Counted from the first letter of the stretch, positions 45,951 to 58,320 are shown. The stretch is 64,000 nt of DNA from Perkinsela sp. CCAP 1560/9 (GCA_965644495.1 CBFFSA010000010.1:558001-622000); one strand, 5' to 3'. A program made the numbers and translations. Notes: generated by a model not told the origin, from the letters alone.

Positions 45951-47154
45951 GAGGGGCTGCGGGTCGCGGGTTCGGTGCGGGTTCGGCGCGGGTTGAAAAA
46001 AAATCCTCTGAAAGCATGCGAAATTAGTCGGAGCTGCAGACATTGAAGGAGAAAAATAGTTAGATCGAAGGAGAAATCATAATGTGCGACATACATAGTG
46101 TACATAATATACGATAATAACAAAAATTTATAAGCCATGTATACGATATGACTACGTAGTTTACATTTCGCAATTCATGGAAAACGACTAGATACTTAAT
46201 TTTATTTAGTTTTTGATCCATGCTGTGGTTTCTTGGGAACATATCCCACATCGTATATGTGTTCTTTGAGCCAATCCCTCCGTTCATCAATCGGTTTGAC
46301 TAAACCACACCCTTTGCTACACCAACAAAAAGATGAGTCATCGATATTTTGTAAGTGTACATTTATTTCACTGTCAAAGTCGTACTGGGGTTCTGATGCA
46401 AGCAAACCATACACTGCAACAGATACAATCTGAACGGCATCCTTTACCCACGTAATATCGTGATCCGTTCCATGACAAAAACGAAATTTATCGAAATGAG
46501 CGAAACAACGCTCGATTCTTGAACGAATCCAAGAATTCATGCGGTTGAACCGATCCTGGTGTTCATCAAGGCAACCTTTGCGTGGTGCCTTGAATGGAAC
46601 AAAACAGTGGTTGCAATCCACGTGTGGCATGTAAGTAGCTGTCCATCGTGCGCGATACGCGCCTTATGCATTCTTCCACCTTGGCTCCCAACTCCTCCTC
46701 AGTGATAACGAGCGCTGGGGGGGCGAAAGGAGTTTTGCGCTTCGTGAAGGTGCGCATAAGCGATGCGACAATGACGTCGTATACGTCATCATCCCTCGCA
46801 GATGTTACCTTCATACGTGAAGTGAAATCTGCGTTGCTCTCAACAGGGCTCATCATATAAAAAGGAGGATAATGTAAAAGAATTATGCATGTATTGTGGA
46901 GGGTATATTAATTGTACATTTGATTTGTGTAATGCATACACCGTTCGTATACAGCACCGTATACAGCGTACACCGTATTTTCACAGTAAGGCGGCTATGT
47001 ACGGTAGCAAACTAAAAAAACTTCACTTTAAGCTACTTTGTTTGTGTACAATCCATTTTTTGGGTCTAAAATAGACCTCGTTCGACCTCAAATGCAAAGC
47101 GCGGGTTCGGTGCGGGTTCGGTGCGGGTTCGGTGATGCACACCCGCAGCCCCTC
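45951..47154 (-). mobile_element. Internally deleted PIF/Harbinger-like element
   Basis: TIR GAGGGGCTGCGGGT; GCGGGTTCGGT subterminal repeats; FNRMNSWIRSRIERCFAHF. Confidence 0.8.
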
Positions 47155-47335
47155 GAATATATTAGAAATTTCCACAATATTTACTCTACCTTTTGGTCAA
47201 AAAAATTGGTCATTTTTTTTCGGACAATTTTTTTTTCAAAACGGCACTATAAGTAGGGGGGGACAGTAACGGAATAACAATTAACGGAATAATTATTTTT
47301 TTTCCAGATTTTCGCCGAAATCTCCTCAATAATTT

Positions 47336-47713
47336 TTGGCAATGGCACCCGCCCAGCCAACCCTCATGGAGTCTTCTTTTTGTGGCCCCCGACATGTCAT
47401 TGAGATTGTGGAGGCCCACGAGTCCGATAGGAACGGCACGGAAAAAAAGACTAGAAAAACGTGGAATGCTGAAGAAATTGAAGAATTTCAACGTCTTACG
47501 AATGGTCGCACAGTGACTGGTAGCATTCGCCTATGGAACTCAACCCATGAGAAAAAGGTCATCCTACAGCACTGCTATGAACTAAAAAATCTAACCACGC
47601 CTCATAAACGAGGTAGGCCATTCATATTCACCGATGATGAAAAAAGGACTTACTTGTTATTATTATTGTTAATAAGTACTTTGACGGTACTTTGGAATGC
47701 AGAATGTGTGTGA
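47336..47713 (+). mobile_element. Possible pogo-like HTH relic
   Basis: KRGRPFIFTDDEKR motif only. Confidence 0.35.
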
Positions 47714-48858
47714 TGAGAAGTTGGCAAACGAAGCCTCTACGTCGATTCAGTTGAAATTTTATCATCTGAATCTCCATTAGTAAAGGGGTAGATGTCGCGA
47801 GCGACACATGCGCCTTTGCGGATGACAGGGCGAGTAACGAGGAGTATCAAGGAGTATCGAGAAGAGGTTAAAGAGATATTAAAGTAAAAGGTGTTACAAA
47901 AATCGGGAAATGTTCTAAAAAGGGGAAAAAGAAAGCAGAAACCTATGAAAAATTGACGAAGGGCGAAATTAAATCCAAAATGACACACCAGAGAGAGGCA
48001 CATCGACAGAAGAGCAAAAAGAAAAAAAAAGTATTAGTCTACTGCACAATCACAGGAGGCACGTGTATTCAAAGAAAATAGATGAAATAGCAGAATAAGA
48101 CTTACACTTGTACTACTTGTATACACTTTTTACACTCCACACACATGTGTACCCTGTGTTACACTCCACATGAATGTGTGCCGAACTTGCTAGATATACC
48201 CTACTAAAATGATAGCCGCGGGACAATCTACCACCTCCAGGGACAAGCTTTTAGAAAATGTCCCCCATACGGGTGTTTAGGTTGCTTAACCCCAAATTAC
48301 CAAGTCCGAACTCCATAGATGTTAGAAGCGCCCAGAAGCGTCTGGATAGGAGTCACCCCTCTACAACCCCGTTCCGCTCATTTTGGGTCAAAAATTAAGA
48401 CAAATATTCACAATAAATTTACGGAAACATATGTATTCTCTCTTGGGCGATTAGATTAAGGAAAGAAATAAAGGTTGACGTTTCAATGCAGAAATCTTGT
48501 CGCGCTTTCTGTTTCTTCAATCTTCGCTCGGCCTCTTGGAACGCCGTTGGAATTCGGTTTGCTTGTGGTGGACCTCAATAACATGGTAGTGACTTAATGT
48601 AATGGATGCTGCACAATTGATATGCGGTGAGAATTAGAAAATTGGTGAGAATTATTCGTTTGTTTAGCTGATTTTTCTTGTTTCGTTTAGGTGCTTTTGC
48701 TTGAGCTATTCCAAGAAAAGACCAGAGAACTATGGTCATAAGTCATGCCAGTTAAAAGAAACTGTACCAAAGGAGGGGAGCGCTGACCAGAAAACAGTTT
48801 CTGCATTGAATCGCTATTTTTGTGATACTGTCATGGAGTGATCCTTATCACGCTATTC

Positions 48859-49707
48859 TTATGATACCTTACAAGATTTCCTCTCCGTGCGTCGAAGCTC
48901 TACGTGTGTGCATACCCCTGCTTGCGGGTTAATCGTAAAGTTCAGTCTCAAGTCGGAGATAAAAATCGGACCCCACAGAAAATTACGTTCCATTCGCAAT
49001 TCGGTCAGCGTCGTAGGCAATTCCGAGACATTTGGTTTGCCAATAAAAGAATTGTCATTGAGATGAAGTCGCTCCAGGAAGGGAGGCAGATGGAGTAAAT
49101 CTAACGAACAACCTAATGCATTGTACGAGAGAAAAAGTTCTCCTAAAGGAATCGGAAGTAAATTGAGGTATACGCCTCCTGTAAACAAGTTATGAGAAAG
49201 GTTGAGACTTTCAAGGCTGGAGGGCAAGTAGTGCAACGTGCACTCACCATCGAGACGATTTACACTGACATCCAATCGAGTCAAGGAATCAGATAATTCA
49301 TTCAACGCAAGCGATTGAGCAAACTGATTGTTTTGAAGCTCTGCAATTTCTAAATACAAAGATTGTGCGGGGAATTCAATTAATCCACCCAATCTGTTGT
49401 CTCTAAGGTATAAATAACGAACCGAGCTTGGGAAGTACGTCCAGGAGAGGTTTCCCGAAAGGGAGATGTTTCCCCATGCAATAAGCACGACCTCTCCTTC
49501 CTCATCACATGCCACTCCTTTCCATCGAGAGAGTCTTTTCGATGTCTCTTCTCGTTGAGGAAATGTGAGATGAGTCCAAGTAGTGTCCGGATTATGTACG
49601 TTTTGTATAAAGCAAAGTAGCTTGTGTTCGGGGGAATCGGTAACTGTCTGAGAAGCGCCACTATAGCTGGATTTAAAGTACTGCAGCTTGTTAATATTTT
49701 GTTTCAT
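48859..49707 (-). CDS. Class II LRR protein with CaaX-like end (CKVS)
   Basis: VYLNLLP...LSYNALG, INPQ, ends RKSCKVS*. Confidence 0.88.
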   Translation of the reverse strand: MKQNINKLQYFKSSYSGASQTVTDSPEHKLLCFIQNVHNPDTTWTHLTFPQREETSKRLSRWKGVACDEEGEVVLIAWGNISLSGNLSWTYFPSSVRYLYLRDNRLGGLIEFPAQSLYLEIAELQNNQFAQSLALNELSDSLTRLDVSVNRLDGECTLHYLPSSLESLNLSHNLFTGGVYLNLLPIPLGELFLSYNALGCSLDLLHLPPFLERLHLNDNSFIGKPNVSELPTTLTELRMERNFLWGPIFISDLRLNFTINPQAGVCTHVELRRTERKSCKVS

Positions 49708-50229
49708 TTTGAGTCACATAAGCATGTGCCCGTTGGGAACGGAATAAAAGAAATGTGTTACTCAATAAAATGGCAGAACTCTGACATTGAAGATTGGATC
49801 ATTTTTGTGCCTGAAAAATCGTGTTACATGTCATCACTGATATGTTTGTTTATCATTTTTATGTACAAAAACAGACTAATCGCCGAGCCTGTGAAGACTC
49901 TTCGGATACAAGACATACGCCGTGTAATACCTACACAAGGCGTGCAAGATCCTTGACGTCAATTCTCACTAAGACTGAAAGACTTAAATAGAATGTGTCT
50001 GAGCTGAGCAGTGTTGCATGTGGTATACGTCCATGTTTGTAGATCGTACTACTATGTGAGTGCTTACATGGTGGAAATTTCAAGCAGAACGAAACACTAA
50101 AGATCGTTTGCTTAGGAAAGTCCAACGCAGCATTTGCAAAACCGGGTTCTTTTTCTTCAGAATTGAGCGCCCGACTAAAAAACATCATCCCCAATAGGCT
50201 AAACATAAAAATAATCAGTGAGCCACTTT

Positions 50230-51324
50230 TTAGGATACCACACAGCTCCTGGTCTTCTTTTCAGGCAACACCACTTCCCCTCCTTTCTGCGGGTTGATCA
50301 GCACCCCTGGATGAAGAGTTGTTGTGAAAACCACTCCAGACAAGTAATTATGCTCCAAATGAAGTTCCAAATTTGTAGGCAACCGTGACAAATCCGGTCG
50401 TCCCATAAACCGGTTATGGTTCAAATACAAATACTTCAACGAGGGCGGCAATCCCGTCAAATGCAACGTCGCCCCCAACCCATTATTATCCAAATACAAA
50501 AACTTCATTGTCGGGGGAAGCAGATGTAAATAAATCCCCCCCTCCAGCCCATTCTCCCCGAGATCCAACAACCGCATCGCGAGCGGGAGGAACTCCAGGT
50601 CGCACGCCCCGACCAACCGGTTCCGTCGCAGCGCGAGTCGTTTCAGCGACCCCGGGAGCTCCCGCAGCCCCACCCCCCCGGTGAGCGCGTTCTGCCGCAG
50701 GTCCACGACCTGGAGCACGGGGTGGGCGGGGGGGATGTCCCCCACCCCCCCGGTGAGCGCGTTGTTCCACGCCTTCACGGTGCAGACGCTGCGGGGGAGG
50801 TGGGGCCAGGAGAGGTTGCCCCGGAGCGCGGCATCCCCCCAGTGGAGGTCCATCGGGGCCCCGGTCCCGTCCAGGGTGACGCCCTGCCACAGGGGGAGGG
50901 GGGAGGGGTAAGAGGGGAATAAAGAAGAGGGGGATGCATTCCTCTTGGTATCTTCCAGTGCGGAAGAGGGCGAAAAAGAGAAGGAGGATTTCGGCTTTTT
51001 CTGTTCACCTACTTCTGAAAAGGAAGATGATGTCCTGTTTTTCTCTTCACCTACTTCTGAGGAAGAAGAAGACAGGGGTGATAAATCAGAAGTAAAAGAT
51101 GAAGAAGTCGTGGAAGTGTTGGTTAACGACTTCTTGGTTTTGTTTTGCGCTCCTTGTGAGAGGGTGGAAGATTTTGGCGTGTGGGGTATTATGCCCCAGG
51201 AGGGGTGTGGATTGTGGAGGTGTTGGACAAAGAGAGCAAGTTGGTACTCGAAGGGGAGGGCTGGGGGTGAAGAGGGTGAGGGGCGTGAAGGGGAGGTGGC
51301 GGTGTAGGGTGGAGAGGGGAGCAT
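50230..51324 (-). CDS. Class II LRR protein with polybasic + CaaX end (CVVS) and Ser-rich insert
   Basis: IYLHLLP...LDNNGLG, INPQ, ends KKTRSCVVS*. Confidence 0.88.
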   Translation of the reverse strand: MLPSPPYTATSPSRPSPSSPPALPFEYQLALFVQHLHNPHPSWGIIPHTPKSSTLSQGAQNKTKKSLTNTSTTSSSFTSDLSPLSSSSSEVGEEKNRTSSSFSEVGEQKKPKSSFSFSPSSALEDTKRNASPSSLFPSYPSPLPLWQGVTLDGTGAPMDLHWGDAALRGNLSWPHLPRSVCTVKAWNNALTGGVGDIPPAHPVLQVVDLRQNALTGGVGLRELPGSLKRLALRRNRLVGACDLEFLPLAMRLLDLGENGLEGGIYLHLLPPTMKFLYLDNNGLGATLHLTGLPPSLKYLYLNHNRFMGRPDLSRLPTNLELHLEHNYLSGVVFTTTLHPGVLINPQKGGEVVLPEKKTRSCVVS

Positions 51325-51729
51325 GGGAATGGGGTAGTAGGGTGTGGGGGTGGGGTGAGAATAGTGAAAACGGAATCCGAAAAGGAAGAGAAATGACAGA
51401 AAAATGACATTCGTTTCGGGTTCGAAACGACTTTAGAAAGGTCGATTTTTAGGATGCATTTTCACCGGTTGACCCAGTGTGTTTATGTTTTTTTTTTTGG
51501 TTAATGGATATTCTTTCTAGTTACCCGAATAAAATTTACAAGTTGTTGGACATCTCCTGGGAGTACCAAGAGGGTCCACAAGTATACAATGAGGACATGC
51601 TACAATGAGGACTGTAGGTGGGTTCCAAAACGAGATCACGCGAAATCACACCCACAGTCCATCAAGTGTATAACGTGCAAAACATGCTTTAGCCAAATTA
51701 GATATGCCGATATGTCGCACAAGTCAAGG

Positions 51730-52558
51730 CTACGTGCCTTTTATCCTTGTATATCCCACGTCGACTGCTAGATTTGGGAAAATCTTGGACATCTTCAACA
51801 TGTTGACCTCAACACAAAGGTCTTTGTTCTCTTTCAGGCACAGTGAGCATAAATGGCATAAATATGAAGGTAAATTCCCAAAGTCAAGAGATCCTGTGAA
51901 CTGGTTACTCGATAGATTTACCGTTTCTATCCTTCGAGGCAATCCGCGTAAGTCCAGCGTTCCCGAAAGCTTATTACGAGAAAGATTCAAAGTTTTCAAA
52001 AACTGTGGCAAATGAGACAAGTCTACACTACCCTCAAACAAGTTGCTGTTCAGTTTTAGACTCTGAAGTGTATTCGGTAAGCGTGTCAAATCTATTGCCC
52101 CTGTAAATTTATTACACGCGACATTCACTTCTACGACTTGAGTAGGCAACTCGTTCAGTTCGACAGACCCTGAAAGCAAACAATTTTCGACATTGCAACG
52201 CTGCACGGTGTGGGGCAGCCAATTCCATTGGAGTGGGCCGTGCAGGTCGTACCCAAACCAGTCCAATCCAATCACGTTTGATTTTTTATCGCAAAGGACA
52301 TCTCTCCATTTACAGGCCGGGGTGGCGGTCGTCCAGAGATGATGGCCGCCTGCCGTATTCTGAATAAATCGTGATAATTCACATTCCTGGGGGAGCAACT
52401 CCCCGTACGTTTGCAGCGCGAGTAGACACCGCGTTAGGTACACTCTTAGCTGATTCGTCTGGTGAGTTACAGCTAATATTTTTCTGCTGTGCGCTTACGG
52501 GCGAGACGGGAGTATCTGATAAAGTAACAGAAAACGATAGCGAAGGAATTGTCTTCAT
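51730..52558 (-). pseudogene. Class I LRR gene with one frameshift in a C5 run
   Basis: The ATG at 52558 reads MKTIPS...STRAANVRGVA then shifts at 52389-52393 into PQECEL...TPACKW; the ORF-track start at 52443 is a GTG. Confidence 0.75.
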
Positions 52559-52599
52559 TTTTGAATTTTATTAAATAATGTTTGAGCAAAATTAACTTA

Positions 52600-53037
52600 C
52601 CGGTGACACACTTTTTAACGTACTAAAAAATGTACGTTTTCTTATTAACGTAGCATTAATTACACAATAATTACGCAATAATTACGCAATAATTTATTTT
52701 GGTCAAAAAATGGCGAAAAATAACTAATAATTTCATGTTTTTAATTTCTAGCAGATGCCTCAAGAACACGACCCGTTGCCCTTGGAAACTACAGCCATAG
52801 GGGGTGGAGTATTTCGCTTTAGGTGGAATTTTGGAGAAGTGCGCAAACTTCGTTCAATTGTGTGGGCTTAAAAATAGTAAACTTCAATTTTTTTTGTAGA
52901 GCTAAATCTTTTACTATCGCGCCACAAAAACATAAATTAATGTAACTTTAATTAACGTAGCATTAATTAACGTAAACATTTTTTTCTCGTCAGAAATTAC
53001 GTCAATTAATGTTATTATTAATTAAAGCTTCACCGGT
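52600..53037. mobile_element. MITE
   Basis: TA|CCGGTGA ... TCACCGG|TA with ATTAACGTAGCATTAATT subterminal repeats. Confidence 0.65.
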
Positions 53038-53468
53038 ACACTGGATATGGTGATGTGGTAATTACCATATGCATAATAATGCATAATGGGTGGTAATTAC
53101 CACCTTCCTGTGCCCGGGAATATGAATTCTTTTTTTCATGAACTATTAGATTTTAATTTTTAAACGAACCATTTAGCCGGAATACTCTCATTTCATTCAA
53201 ATTATTTTCATTGAAAATATGTCCCTCAAACGTATCAAACGAGTCATGAGGAAACGAACAAAGGAGGTCTACAATCGAAACAAATACATTTGCGTCACAA
53301 CTTCCCCATTCCTCTGAGGATCTTCCCCTCCCTACTCTCCTATTGGTAGTCCTAGGTATGGATGTATGTTCCCGTACGGAGACTTACTGTATATAGTGTA
53401 CCTGTGGACTAACGACCCACACTACCTGGAGCTGGAGAATTTTACCCCTTCACCCCTTTCCCTCCCCT

Positions 53469-54350
53469 CTACCCCACCACACACCATCCCGAATCCCGTT
53501 CCACCGGGGCCGTCGCAATCCGACCATACCGCTGGGGATTTACTTTTAAATTGAAATTTGTCGGAAACCCCCCTTTACTGTTTCGGTTTCCTTGTTGTTG
53601 TTGTTGTTTTGAACCTCCCGGGTTCAACAACACCACCGGTCCCCAGAGGTGGTTGTGCTGCAGCTGGAACACCACCACCTTGGACCGCGGCAGGGCGCCA
53701 ATCACAATGGGGCCCCAGAACGCGTTGTGGTCCAAATGCAGACACCGCAGGCTCTCGGGGAGCGCGGTGAGATCGAGTGTGGCCCCGAGGGCGTTAAAGG
53801 ATAAATACAAATGTTCCATTCCTAAGGGTAAAAGATTTAAATAAAGATGTCCGGATAAGTGATTATGGGTGAGATTTAAATAACAAAGGGAGGGGGGGAG
53901 AAAACATAACGAGGCCTCCCCGGTGAGGCCATTGGAGCTGCCGTTCAGCCAGGCCAGCGAGAGGGGGAGGGCATCGAGACCGATGGTACCGTCCAGGGCG
54001 TTGTCACTGATACGGACATCGCAGAGATGGGGGTGGGACTCGGGTAGGTGCAACGACCCGGTGAGGTGGTTGTTCCAGATAAAGACGTCGGTGACGGAGC
54101 GGGGGAGGTGGCCCCAGGTAAGGTTGCCTTGGAGAGATAACGCGTCCCAGGTGAGTTTTTGAATCTTTTGGTTTTTGTCGAAATGAACGCCGTGCCAGAG
54201 GGGGGGAATTTGTTGCGGGGGATCCGAGGAAGGAGTCGCGACCCACGTAGGGTGCGGATTGGTAATGTGGGAGATGAAAAGGGATAGGGAATCGAGTGGG
54301 GAGAGCTCGGAGGGAAGCGGATGACGGGTTGCCGGGGTGGGCGATAGCAT
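53469..54350 (-). CDS. Class II LRR protein with CaaX-like end (CVVG)
   Basis: LYLNLLP...LSFNALG, VNPQ, ends SGWCVVG*. Confidence 0.88.
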   Translation of the reverse strand: MLSPTPATRHPLPSELSPLDSLSLFISHITNPHPTWVATPSSDPPQQIPPLWHGVHFDKNQKIQKLTWDALSLQGNLTWGHLPRSVTDVFIWNNHLTGSLHLPESHPHLCDVRISDNALDGTIGLDALPLSLAWLNGSSNGLTGEASLCFLPPSLCYLNLTHNHLSGHLYLNLLPLGMEHLYLSFNALGATLDLTALPESLRCLHLDHNAFWGPIVIGALPRSKVVVFQLQHNHLWGPVVLLNPGGSKQQQQQGNRNSKGGFPTNFNLKVNPQRYGRIATAPVERDSGWCVVG

Positions 54351-54429
54351 GAATGAAATGTAAGCGGAAAAAAGATTTAGAATGAAAAGATATGAAGAAA
54401 GATGGGGTAAAGAAGTTTATGTAAAGATT

Positions 54430-55240
54430 TCCATATTCCAAGAGACGAATGTACCAACATTGTTTAATGCTACGCTACATTGTACGGCTACAACTGTACA
54501 TTCTAAAGCTGAGGGGCTGCTTTCGCCAACCGGAGTGCATTACTTTGGCCTGGGGGGCGGAGATGGCGGAGTGGCAAGAATTCAAAGTTTGACGCACGTG
54601 GTGCTCAGACGGCGAGTTCAAACCCGCTCATCACATTATTCCTGGCAGCCTCATTCTAAGAGAATGGGCTGAGAACCGACTAGGCCCAGCACTCGGAGGA
54701 CCGTCCCGGACCCTCCCCTCAGGGAACCAGCTCCCTTACCCGGCTTACACCTCTTGGGTAAGCCGTGTTGACGTACAGTTCGTCGATGCAACGTGTTGGC
54801 AACAGCACGTTGGTGCCGCCTTGGACAAGCGGAAACTGGTAGAGGACGTTGGCCTCGGAACTTCCAAATCTGTCTGTGAAGGGTCTGGCTTGCCAGTGAC
54901 CATTCGGAGCAATCCGGAATGATTTGGATTTTTTTTTGCATTTGGCCTGTACCTTGTTGACTTCTCTTCGAAACTTTTGATCATTGCGTATAAAGCATGA
55001 CATTCCCCGAATAGATCCTGACGAAGTTCGAAAATGGATGAATCCAGCGACTTTGTATCGTTTCGAAGAGGTCTGGAATATGTTGGCTAAGCCTGTTGTC
55101 TGTTGAAGCTGAGGAGCCAAGTCCGCTCGAGGGTATAACACCCAAGAAGTCTTGGTCCGTTGAAGCTGAGACTCGACACCGTCGAACTATCCCAGCAAAC
55201 AGGCGGTACTCATGCCTGTATTATTTCAATCTTGGCGTCC
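54430..55240 (-). mobile_element. APE-endonuclease LINE relic interrupted by SINE A
   Basis: QTTGL...YKVAGFIHFRTSSGSIRGMSCFIR, then LECTVVAVQ beyond the SINE. Confidence 0.5.
54553..54937 (+). mobile_element. SINE family A copy
   Basis: 9-bp TSD TTTGGCCTG (54544-54552 / 54941-54949). Confidence 0.88.
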
Positions 55241-56387
55241 GACTCACGTCGGATGATGGGGCTTAGCGGCCCCAGCTTCCCGAGCTAACTCTCGACGTCA
55301 ATACATAGCCCGACGTCAATATAACAAGACGTCAAACAACTAGGGTGAGACTGATTCGGAGAACTGATGGCTGGACCAGCCGACACCAACATAATAAGGT
55401 GCTAAAGAACTAGGGTGAGTGCAGTCCTGTATCCTCTTTTGCGTGCGTTTGCGCAGGTTCGCCCGCTATGAAAATGACAAGATACTAAATAACTAAGATA
55501 AAGCCTGTGAAATTCGGATCCAACTGGTTAGCTGCGATGCACTTTGAGGAACCTCGAGTATACCTCGCGCCCAGTTGGATCCGAACCACCTAAGGATTCT
55601 CGGTGCTCGCTTAGGCACTATGAGGGCTGAAACCACCTGGGTTTGCCTGGGTTTGCCTGGGTTTGCTAATTTTCTATATTGTAGAGTGATTTCAGGATAT
55701 CTCCCGCCTTGCGGAAATTTGATTTTTATATCTGTTTTTTTCTCATTTTCGCAGCATTGGGTAGATCTCGTTCCCCTGGTGAATAGCTTTGCCGCCTTGC
55801 TTATGTAGGGACCCCCTGGTACACCCTGGCTCCAAAATACTTGGTTTTTTTTCTGCACTCTACTACACCCCCAACCTGGAGCCTGCTTCGCCCCCCCCCC
55901 CCTATAGCTTCCATATATCCCCCTGGAACCCCCTAGACCCCCCACCGGATTCTCCAGCGAACTCCGTAACCGAAAAAACGACAAGTACCTTTGCCGTTGG
56001 TTTCTCTTGTGACCTGACTGGGTTTGTCTGGGTTCATATTTTACTGGTTTCAGCCCTCTAAATAACTAGAGTGTTCCTTAGGAGGCCATATCACTGCGGC
56101 GACAAACGGCCAGCTTATCAACTATCAACTTTTTTCGCCAGAGGTTTGTTAAAGATGTTTGAAAATATTTTTCTGGGCATGGATAGGTATCATTAAAAAG
56201 GATCCGTAATTTGTTTGGTATTCAACTCCGATCCCCGTAGTCCTCTATCCCCATACGGTACAACCGTCCTGTCCGGTACCAGTCCTGTACCGCCGCCTGT
56301 ACAATTCGTAAAGATATCCTATATCATCGCTCTCGTTCATTTTTTGATGTGACTATTGGTGTATGAGTAACTTTCTTTTCTCTCTGC

Positions 56388-57173
56388 TCACTGTTCATCA
56401 GCAGAGGTGATCTGAGTTTTTTCGTGGCGAAAACTCTCTTCATTAATCGCATAGTGAAATGTAAACCACATAACAAGCGTTCTTTTTCGAAATTTTACTG
56501 GGAGCAAAGACGCCTGGTACTCACTCTTGAGATTCGTGTTTTCAGAAAGGTCTAAAAATGACATTTCCTTGGGCAAGTGATCCAAGTTGATCATACCGCT
56601 GAAAAGGTTTATTGCCAAGTTTAGTCGGTCCATAGAGCTGGGAAATTCACAAAAATTTAGCTGGCCAAAAAAGAAGTTTGAATGCGCCACGAGAGACACG
56701 AATCCTGGATTCAGAGAACTTAAGTCAAGTGCTCCTTCTAGCTCGTTCTGCGAAAGAACCATTGCTTGGAGCGATCCTGGTATTTCCGATAGATTTATGC
56801 CTCCCATAAAATGATTCATATGGATATCTACCCATTCCAGCTGTGACGGAAAATATTCAACCGAGACAGGACCTGAAAGCTCGTTGTTTGAAACTTGTAG
56901 AGTAGATAGCGTACTTGGCAAGTATTTCCAGCGTAGAGAACCACGAAGGCCTCGAAATCCCATAACAATACTACGGATATCTCCATTTTGAGAGCACTGC
57001 ACGTCATTCCATTTACACGCAGGTGTGTTTCGATTCCATGAGGCTGCTGGGTTTTCGATGTCATGTACAAATTCGGAAAGTATCTCTTCTTGCGGTAAGG
57101 ACACTCTCGCTTTACCTAAACGTTGGGTAGTGGCAAGTGTGTCGTGAAGAAGAAAAGCGGAAATTGGTTTCAT
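56388..57173 (-). CDS. Class I LRR protein
   Basis: QRLGKARVSLPQEEIL...TPACKWNDVQC plus about 6 LRRs. Confidence 0.88.
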   Translation of the reverse strand: MKPISAFLLHDTLATTQRLGKARVSLPQEEILSEFVHDIENPAASWNRNTPACKWNDVQCSQNGDIRSIVMGFRGLRGSLRWKYLPSTLSTLQVSNNELSGPVSVEYFPSQLEWVDIHMNHFMGGINLSEIPGSLQAMVLSQNELEGALDLSSLNPGFVSLVAHSNFFFGQLNFCEFPSSMDRLNLAINLFSGMINLDHLPKEMSFLDLSENTNLKSEYQASLLPVKFRKRTLVMWFTFHYAINEESFRHEKTQITSADEQ

Positions 57174-57225
57174 GAAATATTTCAGAAGAAAAGAACATTA
57201 CAGCTTTAAATATACAATACGTATA

Positions 57226-58320
57226 CTATACCCCCCCTGCTTATGAGTTTCCCCAATTCTGGTACGCTTATGAGTTTCCCCAATTCTGTTACGCTTATTC
57301 TGGTACGCTCCTTTTTTTCAGCGATTTTTTCAGAGGTCCCTAAAAAAAATCATTTTTTTGGCACTTTACAAATTTTCATAAATTTCTAAACTACTCTATG
57401 TCAGCCTGCTCTGGATCGCTCACAAGTGGGTAAAATTCATGGCCCCAGTTCCTCGCCTTGGAGAGGTTGCTTCGCCCTTGCGCAATTCATCGTCTCCGAT
57501 TGTCCCCAAAGAAACGCCCGATTCTCCTCAACCATAGAACAATCAGGTGCGTTGTCCTCCTAAAAAATTAAGCAACCAAGACGAACTTAACATATACCGT
57601 TCAAGAGAGTCCTGCTCTACATTGTCCAAGAAGTATGGTTGCACAGTACAGGCGGTGCGACGTATTCGTCGAGTAGTAGCCTCAACGTTTTAGGATCGAC
57701 TAAATCGGGGGGGGGGGAGTAAACGCGTCCGAGAAAAGGGATTTAATGGGGAGAGAAATAGTGCGATGGCTAACGTAGATGCTCGTCTCCGTCAATTAGT
57801 TACGGAATACCACGCGATCGACAAATCCATCGTAATACAAATGATGGAAGAATATCAAGTCTTTCATGAAACGTGTTCCGATGACGTGAAAGAAAAAGCA
57901 TATAAACGCTTTCGCTATGGTTTCGCTAACCCAGTTTTGTCGAAAGTTTTCTTCAATTCAGTGCAACCCATGAAGTGAGTACATACAATGTATTTGAAGA
58001 TCGATGACATCGATGTTCAAGCTCCAGAAGTGTGAGAGCGAATTGCCTCGACTCTCATTGAGAAAGGAGAATGTGACTGCTTTGAAAAGCTTCTAGAAAG
58101 GGGGGCAAGGCTCTTTGAAAGAGCAGTGGTTCCAATAGTCTGGAGCCTTCTTGAAAAAGTTGCAGCTGCAGTGTTGACGCAACATGTCAAGAATTGTGGA
58201 ACTGATCCAGACTTCACGGGTCGAGGCATTGGTCGGCCATGGTGGAGGGAGGTGAAACAAGAAATTGTGTACTGTTTAAGATACAATAGAAATAATGATT
58301 GGTCGCTACGTTAAGCGCTG
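57226..58320 (+). mobile_element. Truncated TIR element with HTH relic; parent family of MITE 62039-62294
   Basis: TA|CTATACCCCCCCTGCTTATGAG; LSKKYGCTVQAVRRIRR; its first ~190 bp match the reverse of 62140-62294. Confidence 0.6.

Larger units (their letters stand above)
44938..47266. mobile_element. pogo-type TIR element with nested Harbinger element
   Basis: TA|CTGTGCCCCCTACTTATAGTGCCG ... CGGCACTATAAGTAGGGGGGGACAG|TA. Confidence 0.85.

Noticed and set aside
55230-55300. Twister-like GGCCGCTAAGCC loop with a neighbouring GTGA-tetraloop hairpin
   Set aside because: Loop length and the T1 pseudoknot partner do not fit; probably a structured LINE 5' UTR.
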